Assembly (NCBI RefSeq): GCF_006345805.1
Contig: NC_043001.1
Location: 103,292,001 to 103,356,000 of the forward strand
Reading direction: 5' to 3'
DNA from: Octopus sinensis
Lineage: Eukaryota
DNA: 64,000 nt
The notes under the pieces: generated by a model
Seen by the model: the letters and a program-made list of their open reading frames with translations, nothing else
What the model was told of the DNA's origin: nothing
Databases searched by the model: none
Shown: piece after piece, positions 53,060-64,000 of the stretch
How the letters are laid out: every line of letters starts with the position of its first letter
Numbering within the stretch: position 1 is the stretch's first letter
Translations under genes and position numbers: made by a program

Positions 53060-53243
53060 TTCTTTACTATCCACAAGGGGCTAAACATAGAGGGGACAAA
53101 CAAGGACAGACAAAGGGATTAAGTCGATTACATTGACCCCAGTGCAAAATTGGTACTTTATCGACTCCGAAAGGATGCAAAGCAAAATCGACCTCGGCGG
53201 AATTTGAACTCAGAACGTAACGGCAGAAGAAATACCGCTAAGC
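53057..53243 (-). mobile_element. Family A SINE (headless)
   Basis: Central domain and tail on the minus strand. Confidence 0.75.
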
Positions 53244-53254
53244 ATTATATATAT

Positions 53255-53597
53255 CTGTGAGCTGGTTGCGTTCGAGGTTGGCTGCAGGGGATTCCCAGCA
53301 GCTTCGCTCAGAAGGTTTCTGACGGTGGCTGGTGTATCTGCTGCGAGGAGGATCATCAAGGAATGTGGGGAGAAAGGAGAAAGCAGTTGAAGGTAGTGCT
53401 TGGATTTCCAGGAGGTTTGTGAAAGCATTTAAGACCACAGAACTGGCATGAATCCAGTTGCAACGCAATACGTCCAGCTGTTGCGGGCCCACCATGTTGA
53501 GAGATACTGAGCATAATGGGCCGAAACTTCGACGAAGCGCGGCACTTAGCTGATGATTGCAGCCGGACGAGAAATGGAGCACTCGGTGTTTTTCTTC

Positions 53598-53598
<1 letters not shown>
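53255..53598 (+). mobile_element. 3' fragment of an RLE LINE (HERO-like)
   Basis: EVGCRGFPAASLRRFL..AGVS..RRIIKE, then (frameshifted) AVEGSAWISRR. Confidence 0.6.
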
Positions 53599-53641
<43 letters not shown>

Positions 53642-53677
53642 TCACTGAGTGTCAAGAATGTGATTTTATGAGGGTAC

Positions 53678-53764
53678 CTTTCCTGATGAAGGGGACATTG
53701 TCTGTATGGTTTGTAAGATTTGTTTTTCTACCAGGACATGAACTCTGGAAACGGCCGTAGAAAG
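53678..53764 (+). ncRNA. Type I hammerhead motif, canonical core, long stem II loop
   Basis: CTTTC-CTGATGA-a-GGGG...CTCT-g-GAAA-CGGCCG-TA-GAAAG; stem I 5 bp. Confidence 0.7.
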
Positions 53765-54428
53765 TGGACTTCCTCGAAAAGTTATTATATAGCCTATATA
53801 CCATTTAAATATTAAAAAAAAAACACATCGGACTCTATGGATCCTTTAATTGAAACTCTTAACTGCTCTTAATTTTAGTACAAAAAAATTTCTTTCATTC
53901 CTCTTTTTATCAGGCCTCTCTTTCTCACACATCCTTCCATACGTATTCCACATAGTTTTTTTACATGTATTTTTTATGTATCTCTTTATATTTTATAAAT
54001 ATCCTTTAAAATATTCATGTGTGTCGATATGTATTGATATGTGTATACGCATTTTAAGTCGAATTTATAACTGTATGTGTACGATTTGCCTAATGTGAGT
54101 TTATATCTTAATTCTTATATGTGTGCGTGTGTGTGTGTGTGTGTGTGTGGAGAATAGCAACGCCAGGTATACTTTTAAAGGATACATATTATGCAGAGTT
54201 CAAATGTATCAGTTGATTGCGGCCATGCTGGGGCATCGCTTTGAAGGATTTTTTGCTGAATGAATTGACGCCAGTACTTGTATTTTTTAAGGACTTATTC
54301 TATCAATGTCTTTTGCCGAATCGTTAAGTTACGTCGACGCGTAATCACACCAACACTGGTTGTAAAGTGGTGGTAGGTGGGGTGACAAACACAGACACAA
54401 AGAAACACACGCACTCACGCACACACAC

Positions 54429-54494
<66 letters not shown>

Positions 54495-54500
54495 TATATA

Positions 54501-54694
54501 CTTTATTTAAAGCAGCAGAAAATTCAACAAAACCTGTTACTCTGAGTTTCCCGTTGCCGTTCATCGGCAACGGGAAACTCAGAGTAACAGGTTTTGTTGA
54601 ATTTTCTGCTACTTTAAATAAAGCATATTACTCTACCACTGGTATTTGAGTACTCTTTTTTCCACCTTGTTTCACATTTATGTGTTTACTCCGG
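54501..54694. mobile_element. Foldback hammerhead-family element (same family as 31594 and 60483), spacer deleted
   Basis: Arms abut at about 54565; tail ...ccggtata in the opposite orientation to 31594. Confidence 0.8.
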
Positions 54695-55009
54695 TATATA
54701 TATATATATATATATGTATACAACGGGCTCCTTTCAGCCTACCAAATCAATTCACAAGCTTTGGTCAACCCGAAGCTAACGTAGAAGACATTTGCCTAAG
54801 GTTCCACGCAGTGGGACTGAACCCAGAACCGTGGTTGTGAAGCAAACCTCTTACTACACAGCCATGTTTGTGGCTATCTTTGTGATGGCTAAAACCTTAA
54901 ACAAGATACACTTAAAATCTCTAATTTATGGATCGTAAGAATATATGATTGAGTTTTAAAATCCTTCAAAATCTTACTGTAAATATTGTTCATTATATAA
55001 TCCTACAAA

Positions 55010-55222
55010 GGCAACTAGCTGGCAGAATCGTTAGACCACCTGACGAAATGCTTATCGGTATTTCACCCGTCGCTACGCTCTGAGTTCAAATTCCGCCGAG
55101 GTCGACTTTACCTTTTATCCTTTCGGGGTCGATAAATTAAGTACCAGCCAAGGACTGCGACCGATATGATCAACTATTCCCCTCCTCACAAATTCCAGAC
55201 CTTGTGCCAATAAAAGAAAGGA
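55010..55222 (+). mobile_element. Family A SINE
   Basis: ctggcagaatcgttag head, gagttcaaattcc B-box. Confidence 0.75.
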
Positions 55223-56657
55223 TTATATAGACCTACGTCAATGGTATTAACACGATTACAATTTTGCCTCGTGTTCGATATTGTTAATTTCGATCTGATC
55301 ATAATTTAAGATGACGAACTTTTTTAACGTTATTAGATACCATCAGAGTCCTTATTCCACGCATTTTCAATCCATATATGTCTGCTCCATTCTTATTCAT
55401 CTAACATTTCCCATCAGTGTGAAATGTTAATGTTTTCCATTAAATAATTTTAATTTTATTCAGTTCCTAACATCGATGTTTTGTTAGAACTGATTTTTCC
55501 CTCGATATCAACAAGTTTATTTCTATGCATATAAAAATACAAAGTGATCCATTTTTAGCATCAATCTAAATCTGTCAGTATTTGCATTGTGATGGGATTT
55601 TCTATAGAATATATATATATATATTTTTTTATGAAATAGTAAATCTTTTCTTTTCATGAAACGAAAAAAGAAAAAAAACAAGAAGTTGGCTGTTGCTATG
55701 TACCGTAGTAAAGTGCTGCAAAATACACAAGCCATTTACATATTTGCTTTTGTAGGGTGGTTCTAACTAACCCGAATACTTACTACTAACCGCCGTCAGT
55801 TGTGCTTATAACATTATGAGTCACTTTGTGGCACCAACAATTGTGCAACACTTTCGCCTTTTACAATTTTATATGCCTAGCTTTTATTGTATTTATTTTC
55901 TAAATGTCATAACTGTACAGTTTCTCCCCATTTCCCCTCTGGCTAAAACAGAAAAACAATTAAAATAGACGTCTATTCAAACAAGTGATGCAGCGATGAA
56001 TGCGGGAATGAACGACTGGTTAGTTTACCAGAAGAAGTAAAGTGAAACCTCCTTGAAGAAGAAATTCCTCCCCAATTGGGAAATTACTTGGTTGGATGAA
56101 TAAAAGCGACAACATGCTTGTACAGTTACGAATATTTATATAATGGAGAAGTCGTCGTCGGCCCGTCATATTCTCAATGGAAACTTCTTAATTTTTTGTG
56201 CTCTCTTTATTTAAGGGTCAGAAACAACAGCCAACTCTGAAATCACCTCTGATGATGTGAAGACGTACATGGAGCCACGATTACATAATTAGGCTTCCCA
56301 ATCTTCATGGAAGCATAAAACATATGTACGATTTTGTCGTATTATTGGAATAAAGTCTTCCAAGATACAAGAAAACATATAAGGTTGCTATAGATAAATA
56401 TTTTCAGTACATACGAAGATTTTCTTTTTTTTTTGTGTTGTATGTAGCCAGAAAGTTCGACTAAACATCGTGAATAATTCTTTTTACAGCTTTCTCCTTC
56501 AGAATACGAAGAAACACATGAAGCTCTAAATTCTGGTCTTAAGACGGGCACCTTGACTCGCATTATAGAATTAAGTATACATAAAATACTTATGAATATC
56601 GTATATGTAAATGTATATAATTATATATATGTAAATGCATATATAAATTTATACATA

Positions 56658-57010
56658 GGCGCAAGAGCAGATGTGTGGTAAGTAGCTTGCTTACAACCAC
56701 ATGGTTCCGGGTTCAGTCCCTCTACGTGGCACCTTGGGCAAGTGTCTTCTACTATAGCCTCCTGCCGACTAATGCCTTGTAGGTGGATTTGGTAGACGGA
56801 AACTGAAAGAAGCCCGTCGTATATGTGTGTGTTTCTCCCTCCAAAATCGCTTGACAACCGATGCTGGTGTAACTTAGCGGTTCGGCAAAAGAGTCCGATA
56901 TAATACGTACTAGGCTTACAATGAATAAGTCCTGGGATCGATTTGTTCTACTAAATGAGGTGCTTCAGCATGGCCGTGGTCAAATAACTGAAACAAGTAA
57001 AAGAATAAAA
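56658..57010 (+). mobile_element. Family B SINE (CORE-like)
   Basis: tgtggtaag...gggttcagtccc head; ccttgggcaagtgtcttc resembles the CORE motif. Confidence 0.75.
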
Positions 57011-57044
57011 GAATAGAATATACGTACATGCATACATACATACA

Positions 57045-57075
<31 letters not shown>

Positions 57076-57098
57076 GTGTGTGTGTGTGTGTGGTGCGT

Positions 57099-57129
<31 letters not shown>

Positions 57130-57427
57130 GTGCGTGTGTGTGAGTGTGTGTGTGTATGTGTGTGTGTGTGTGTATGTGCGCGCGTGTGTGTATAGTAAGA
57201 GGAGGGATATAATATCCAGGCAGATACAGAATTTCTCTATGTAAAATGCCAATACTGGTTCTTTCACAAGGTGTGTCTTGCGGTAAATTTCCTTTAACTC
57301 TCATCTGATGTTATGGATTTTTTCCTGGCTATTTACAGTGTAGAGTACAATATTGATTACAAGGAGAATGAAGAATTTGAACATTCATACTTTATGTTTA
57401 ATTGTATTTGGTTTATTCATAATAATT

Positions 57428-57520
57428 GTCCGACATGTGTTTCGATCACATTAATTGCATATTGTTGCATATTTATATATGCAGAGATTTATGCATTATT
57501 ATTACGATCTCTTCAGGGCG
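57428..57520 (-). ncRNA. Type I hammerhead, mirror copy
   Basis: Minus strand CGCC-CTGAAGA-GATCG...TGATC-GAAA-CACATG-TC-GGAC. Confidence 0.6.
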
Positions 57521-57629
57521 TATAAATATGACATTATTCGATGACCGTCATAGTTTAATACAACTGCCATCAAGCCTAGTTCAAGCTAATAGCAAAGGAA
57601 AATTCCTCTTCGAACAATTTCATATTTAT

Positions 57630-57720
57630 GCCCCTGAAGAGATCGTAATAATAATGCATAAATCGCTGCATATAATCATGCAACAATATGCAATCAATGC
57701 GATCGAAACACGTGTCGGAC
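57630..57720 (+). ncRNA. Type I hammerhead, canonical core
   Basis: GCCC-CTGAAGA-GATCG...CGATC-GAAA-CACGTG-TC-GGAC (stem I has one mismatch). Confidence 0.75.
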
Positions 57721-59340
57721 AATTATTATGAATAAACCAAATACAATTAAACATAAAGACCATATATATATCTATATATATTTAGCTGGCAGATGAGATT
57801 CAGAGATTCTCCGTATAGAAGACAGTAGTGCTCAAAAGATTCAAACTTAGATATCGACGTTTTTACAGGGGGTCATTCAACAAGGTAAAGAAAGGCGATA
57901 AGAGGCATCAAGTTGAGCGGGTATACAAGCAATTATGCGGATAAACAAATTAGACACATCAGATATATTAAATATATTAAACATCAAATAATATATATAT
58001 ATATATAAATGTATATACACACACTCATGCAAAACTGTAGGAAGCAAAAAGTGGAGATTTTCAGACGATGAATATTTAAGTATAAATAAATAGATATTTA
58101 TATTATTAGATCCGACTTACAGAGTACAAACGACAGAGAAAATTAAAGGGATGAAAAATCGGTGTCATAAGTCCAACATCTGTTTCTGGGGTTCGGCGAT
58201 CCATAATTTTGTTAGTAGATTTAATACATCACAATGTGCTGTCGTATGGATGCAATTAACATTGGATGACACATGCCTTCGTCATAAGGGTAGAGAAGAT
58301 CTTACATTTCAGATCTTAACGCAGAGAAATTCAAAGATATTTATACATAAAAATGCTTCGTCTGAAAGTTCCCACCTTTCGTTTTGCATGTATACATATA
58401 TACATATTTTGTAAATCCTATATTTAATATATATTTTCCAGAAATCTCTATACGACCTGGAAGGGCCCGTAACCTCCCCTGCCACCGTTAAGTAAGCTAC
58501 AGGCACTTCGGCTACCATAACTAGACTTAGAATGAATATTGTAATGGTTTCCTGTTGCCTTGCCACTCTCTCACCTGCAGAGCGAAGTGAAATGAAGTGT
58601 TTTGCATATCTGACCGGCTTGTGATTCTAACTGCAACAAACCGTTCTAACTGCAACAAACCGCTAGGTCATGTGCATACATACACACCACACACACACAC
58701 ACACACATATGTATATATACATACATACATACATACATACATACACACACACACATACACATACATACCTACATATGTGTGCATGTGTGTGTGTATGTAT
58801 GCATCCCTATTTCTCTTTTTCTCTCTCTCGTTGCTCACACGTGACCATCGTCCATTTTTCTTTTCCTCTCGTGACCATCTTTCCTGCACGGACGTTCTAA
58901 GAACTGGACGTCTCCTCTCTTCTATTTTTTCTCTTTTCAAAGAAAATATTTCTCCCAGCGTTCACTATTTTCCCCCTCACTCAGTTATAACTACCCTTCA
59001 TGTTGGATTTTGTTCGCTTTCCCTGTATGTCTCCACTGCCCTGCTTTTGTTCCTGACTTTGACCCTCCATAAATTCTAAATATTGTTTTGGTATTTATGG
59101 GATCATCTGTCTTCGAAGACTCATATTGCCGTTGAATACTCGAAATGAGGAGTAGATAGACAGCCGACAACTGATGAAGGGTCATTCTTTGTATTGTCCT
59201 TTTTCTCTCGTTATTTGCGTATTTATCTCATTTGTTTTCGTATTTCATGTTGTTTACTGTTGGTAACGTTCTGTACCCATATATGCATATATATATATAT
59301 ATAGCAAAGTGAAATTGTAAGTTACCGCACGAGTGGAAAT

Positions 59341-59778
59341 ATATATGAAAGAAGGTTTGAAAATGCAATTTTAAAGTTGTTTATTCACTTGACCGGTTTC
59401 AGTTTTTTTAGAAAATGATTGTCAAAAGTAAAATGTAAAGCTTTGTAAACGCTTTGTTGTATTCAGTATTGGTTGTCACAAAATATTACAATCCATATAT
59501 ACATTCTTTAGTAATAATAAGAAAATGTTAAAAACAGTTTACAAGGAAATATCTATAGAAAATATTAAACAAAAATTTCAAAAAAATATATTGGGATTTC
59601 ATTAAAAGTCATGTTTGTTTGGAAGTATCTAGTAAATAACCGTTTTAGCTTCACACAGACCAAAAAAATGCTAAAACAGGTCAGTTCATCTCAAATTCTT
59701 TGTAAACTCCTAAATATATCTTCTTCTGTGTATATATATACCACCAGATATGACTGTCTTTGAACTAATACCTTTCTG

Positions 59779-59818
<40 letters not shown>

Positions 59819-60088
59819 TACTTCCAAACAAACATGATTTTTAATAAAATCCCAATATATATTTTTTTAATTTTTGTTTAATATTTTCTCAAGATTTTTC
59901 CTTGTAAACCGTTTTTAACATTTTCTTATTATTATCAAAGAATGTATATATGTATTTTAATACTTTTGTGACAACCAGTACTTAACACAACAAAGCTTTT
60001 ACATTTTACTTTTGACAATCTTTTTCTAAAAAAAGTGAAACCGGTCAAGTGAATAAACATCTTTATAAAATTGCATTTTCAAACCTTC

Positions 60089-60098
<10 letters not shown>
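59341..60098. mobile_element. Large foldback element (about 285-bp arms) with variant hammerhead motifs
   Basis: 59341-59631 versus 59815-60098 imperfect inverted repeat. Confidence 0.85.
60008..60050 (+). ncRNA. Hammerhead-like motif with U3-A8 compensatory core
   Basis: ACTT-TTGACAA-tCTTTTTctaAAAAAAGt-GAAA-CCGG-TC-AAGT; mirror copy on the minus strand at 59387-59429. Confidence 0.55.
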
Positions 60099-60129
<31 letters not shown>

Positions 60130-60246
60130 TATATATATATATATACAGGTATAAGTTAGAGGTGTTTAAAGCCTCTAAGGCATGGCTATATTGTTCAAAG
60201 GCACTTTTGGTAATTACCTCAGTAGGTATATTCCTCTGACTTCTTC

Positions 60247-60331
60247 GTTCTGACGATGTCTACCATTGGCAACGAGGCGAAAATATAAATATATGTTTTT
60301 CTCACCATGGTAAACAGAAACGATCGTAAAC
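60247..60331 (+). ncRNA. Type I hammerhead, canonical core
   Basis: GTT-CTGACGA-TGT-c-TACCAT...ATGGTA-a-ACA-GAAA-CGATCG-TA-AAC. Confidence 0.75.
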
Positions 60332-60433
60332 AACTTCACTCTCACTCTCACATTTATTTACTAATTAAATAATCGCTTACTAGTGCAAAAGACACACTTC
60401 TGTTTGTAATGTTACCTCCATTTTCTTCTCGTC

Positions 60434-60482
<49 letters not shown>

Positions 60483-60484
<2 letters not shown>

Positions 60485-60711
60485 GGGGTAAGCACATAAA
60501 TGTGAAACAAGGTGGAAAAAAGAGTACTCAAATACCAGAGGTAGAGTAATATGGTTTAATAAAAAGCAGCAGAAATATAACAAAAGCTGTTACTCAGAGT
60601 TTCACGTTCCCGTTCGTCGGACAGTTTTGTTAAAAAAAAACTGTCTGACGAACGGGAACGTGAAACTCTGAGTAACAGCTTTTGTCATATTTCTGCTGCT
60701 TTTAAATAAAG
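60483..60711. mobile_element. Foldback hammerhead-family element in (TA)n
   Basis: Divergent copy of the 31594 family with both arms retaining the full motif. Confidence 0.8.
60641..60678 (+). ncRNA. Minimal hammerhead, fully canonical
   Basis: CTGT-CTGACGA-ACG-ggaa-CGT-GAAA-CTC-t-GAG-TA-ACAG; mirror copy on the minus strand at 60587-60624 (U4C, one extra A). Confidence 0.85.
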
Positions 60712-60824
60712 TGTATATATATATATATGTGTGTGTGTGTGTTGTGTGTGTGTGTGTGTATACAAACGTATTTGTATATATTTTTCTATAGACATAGATA
60801 CATAATGATAACTATGTATGTATA

Positions 60825-61235
60825 GGCGCAGGAGTGGCTGTGTGGTAAGTAGCTTGTTTACCAACCACATGGTTCCGGGTTCAGTCCCACTGCGTGGCAC
60901 CTTGGGCAAGTGTCTTCTACTATAGCCTCGGGCCGACCAAAGCCTTGTCAGTGGATTTGGTAGACGGAAACTGAAAGAAGCCCGTCATATATATGTATAT
61001 ATATATATGCGTGTGTGTGTTTGTGTGTCTGTGTTTGTCCCCCTAGCATTGCTTGACAACCGATGCTGGTGTGTTTATGTCCCCGTTACTTAGCGGTTCG
61101 GCAAAAAGAGACCGATAGAATAAGTACTGGGCTTACAAAAAAAGAATAAGTTCCGGGGTCGAGTTGCTCGATTAAAGGCGGTGTTCCAGCATGGCCGCAG
61201 TCAAATGACTGAAACAAGTAAAAGAGTAAAGAGTA
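60825..61235 (+). mobile_element. Family B SINE (CORE-like), well preserved
   Basis: ggcgcaggagtggctgtgtggtaag...ggttccgggttcagtccc...ccttgggcaagtgtcttc. Other partial copies near 9705, 25760, 36850, 37823, 48590, 52715 and 54185. Confidence 0.8.
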
Positions 61236-62506
61236 AGAGTATATGCACGAATGTATGTATGCATGCGTCTGTGTGTGTGTGTGTGTTTGTACGTACATGT
61301 AAATTTATGTACTGGGTGTGCATCGTTTCACTTTAGCACGGCTTTGGTTTGAGTTTTTTATAATTTATCTCTCATCTACTTTACAGCGTCATCTCTTCGC
61401 TGCTTGGGCTTTTAATTTTCCGTTCATTTGACTTTCAATTTAGTTCTTTCGAAATTGAGTTAGACCAGACTCTAAAATAACACTTAAGTTGGATTTTTTT
61501 TATATATATATTTTGTTAATATTTTCGAGATTGACTAATAGAGCTTCAAATGTCAAGACAATCGATTTTTTTTTCCTGAAAATATGAAATTAATATATTT
61601 TAATCAACTTCAATGCTGGAAGTGTTTTACAGAAATTGCGATACACTTTAACACAAAGAAAGCAACTTGTGGAGCAATTAAACGAAATGAAGAATAAACC
61701 AGGACCGAGGCCATCCTTGCATTTTCAGAAACGTCAAAAAACACCATAAATGTGCGGTTATATTATGAAGGTATTAGAAGCTCATATTTTTGAGAGAAAA
61801 TAAAAACCGTTATTACAACAGTATTCATATGCACGTGTGTGTGTGTGTGTGTTTGTGTGCGCACGACTCGCGGAACCAGTCTACTGTGTAAACCAAATAC
61901 TGTCCATATGTGTGTGCGCGCGATTATATATATATATATACGTTTAAATATTTGTTGTGCAAGATTTTTTATGTGAAGTCGTGTGTTGAAACAGATATTG
62001 TTATATTTCGGAATGGTCATATTGCCAGTTTAGCCAATAAAAACACACGCACTATATATTTGGTGTTATTTTGCTTCAGTGTTATTTATTTTTTACATTA
62101 ATCTTAATCTTATTTCGGCCAGAGTTATTTCGTCACACTCCTGTGACCGCATCAGTGGTCCTTTGTTTTCTTCTTACTTATTTGTGTCTCTCCTTACTAA
62201 CCGTCAGCCATTTTGATATTCTATTGTATGTCTTCATTTGCGCATGCTTATATCTCTATGTGCGTCTATGTTTATTTAGTGTATGTGGGGGGATGCCTGT
62301 AATATTTGTATCTTCTGTTTATATATGTTCATGTAATTTGTATTTTGTTTTTGTTGTTTTTGTTTTTCTTATTTTGTTCAGTGTTTACATCCACTTATTA
62401 TTATCATTACATATGCTTGTATGTATGTATGTATGTATGTATAACATGTAGTATGTATGTATGTATAATAAATCGAATATATATATAATAATATATATAT
62501 ATAATC

Positions 62507-62548
<42 letters not shown>

Positions 62549-62639
62549 TTTATTTCTATTAGTTTATTTATCTGTGTATTTATTATGTTTTCAGGATTCT
62601 CTATCGTCATATGTTGTGGTGTGTGTTAGTGCTCCATTC

Positions 62640-63136
62640 TAGTTTTCTATTCAGGCTAGGTTATTTTCTTTATGTGTGTAGCTTCTGTAATTGTCTATTG
62701 TTGCATCTGTTCTATTGTGGACAATATTTTAATTTCTATGTTATTGATTGATCCCCCGTGTTCCTGTTCGGCGTGTTGGTACAGAATCGATGAGCTTTTA
62801 CCTTCCTTAAGTTGTCTCCAATGTCCGTTTACCCGCTCTCCTATGCTTCTTGCCGTTTCCCCTACGTATGTCGTTGTCTTGTTACTGCATCCTCCCTCTA
62901 TACATCTTATACTATAGACTACATTTCTGGCTTTACAGTTTGTTTTATGGGCTAAATCTACATACTGTACAGTACTTATCCGTACAGGGGGTTCTACTAA
63001 AAGGATAGGTTCTACAAATTATAGATTTGATAGAGTTGCCTGGCTTTTCAACAACCTTAATTCTTAGCTTAAGTTTGTCTAGGGTCCTTCTAAAGCGGTA
63101 CGCCAGTTCACCTCCAGGGGTGGTGTCAACGAACAT
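62640..63136 (-). pseudogene. Penelope linker zinc-finger-like region and GIY-YIG endonuclease (frameshifted)
   Basis: TPGGELA...KVVEKPG...PF..TPC..KYC.VC, then RNVVYSIRCIEGGC...TYVGETARSIGERVNGH. Confidence 0.8.
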
Positions 63137-63200
63137 GACACTCTGGTATTTATGGCTATCATATCAAGAGTTGGCCTTCCTATTTTCTTTTTTGTCCTTT

Positions 63201-63947
63201 CTATAGTGTTCCATGACTGTTTCCTATAGAGTGGACAAATCCTATTCCTATCATTACATATATATTATCAAATTTCTTCATGGCTCCTTTGTATACTCTG
63301 ATCCTTTCTTTATAGCTGTAACCTGAGAACTGCATGCGGTGAATGAAATATTGTATGTGTCTCTTTAACTCTGTGGGCTCGCACATGCGTGACACATTTC
63401 TCATTATTCTGACGAGGTCTGCCATCAAAATATTGAATTTGGCATTGTCCGCAATGGCTGAGTTCCGGTGGATCAAGTATTTTGAGGCCATAGGTTTGGC
63501 ATAGTATGAATGAAGGATTTGGGTTTTATTATTCACAATTTCTAGCCAGAGTTCAGTGTTTAGTACTGGTAGTCTATGGTTGGGGTGTTTAGTGGGGTAG
63601 TCTATTGTGACCTTAATACTCTGGTGGATGGAGTTAGCTATTTGCTGGATGCTCTCCATAGTATTAGTTTCTATTACTATATCAACATTACTCTCTTGTG
63701 GGAGTGCCTTTACCACTATGTTGATATCATCAACATAGCGAGAGTACATGTTTACTAGTATGGAGTTCTGTGTTAGGCGTTCTTTAAGCCTTCTGTCCCA
63801 CCATACCATGAAACGGTTGGCCACATCACTAGCGATACTAACGCCGATGGCTGCCCCCTCGCCCTGGGCATATATTTTATTATTAAACTTAAACGTGTGG
63901 CCTTTTAGGGTAACTCTTATACTAGCTCCTAGTGCATGTGCGATCAT
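63201..63947 (-). pseudogene. Penelope-like reverse transcriptase fragment
   Basis: HTFKFNNKIYAQ..GAAIG...AS.VAN, YSRYVDDINI, LPVL..ELW, YYAKPMAS. Confidence 0.85.
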
Positions 63948-64000
63948 TTTCTTTATCTGATGGACATTTGCGGGGCTCCGTATGGCTCTGGTCCATCCGC

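Larger units (their letters stand above)
57390..57758. mobile_element. Foldback element (about 140-bp arms, 90-bp spacer) with a hammerhead in each arm
   Basis: 57390-57530 is the near-reverse complement of 57621-57758. Confidence 0.85.
62000..64000 (-). mobile_element. Penelope-like element (continues past the window end), degenerate
   Basis: RT ORF 63201-63947, linker 62945-63136, GIY-YIG near 62640-62940, degenerate HHR at 62117-62161 on the same strand. Confidence 0.85.

Noticed and set aside
59125-59190. GAAA...CTGATGA permuted hammerhead candidate
   Set aside because: Helix III and stem I are not supported by pairing.

Overview
AT-rich, repeat-dense animal DNA. The SINE families and microsatellite style look like an Octopus-type cephalopod genome; this is inferred from pattern recognition, not from a search. 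No host protein-coding gene is confidently supported, and most ORFs in the track are translations of (TA)n, (TACA)n, (CA)n or (TAA)n microsatellites. Coding sequence I can recognise is all transposon-derived: a near full-length CR1-group LINE (13.15-17.8 kb, ORF2 open for 1011 codons, ORF1 with an apparent Myb/SANT-like start and two CCCH fingers), two Penelope-like RT/GIY-YIG fragments (17.9-19.5 kb +, 62-64 kb -), several RLE-type LINE fragments, Tx1/L1-like 3' ends and a mariner remnant. Many tRNA-derived SINEs and a few MITE/Helitron-like elements are also present. The main unexplained signal is about 27 minimal type I hammerhead-ribozyme (HHR) motifs in many unrelated sequence contexts. 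They occur (i) once per unit in two tandem arrays (about 363-bp units at 32.1-33.2 kb and about 484-bp units at 11.65-12.85 kb), a retrozyme-like layout that could yield circular RNAs; (ii) back-to-back in the arms of several foldback elements; and (iii) with recurrent core variants (U4C, U3-A8, A6U plus an extra A). All folds were read by eye; no activity is shown.
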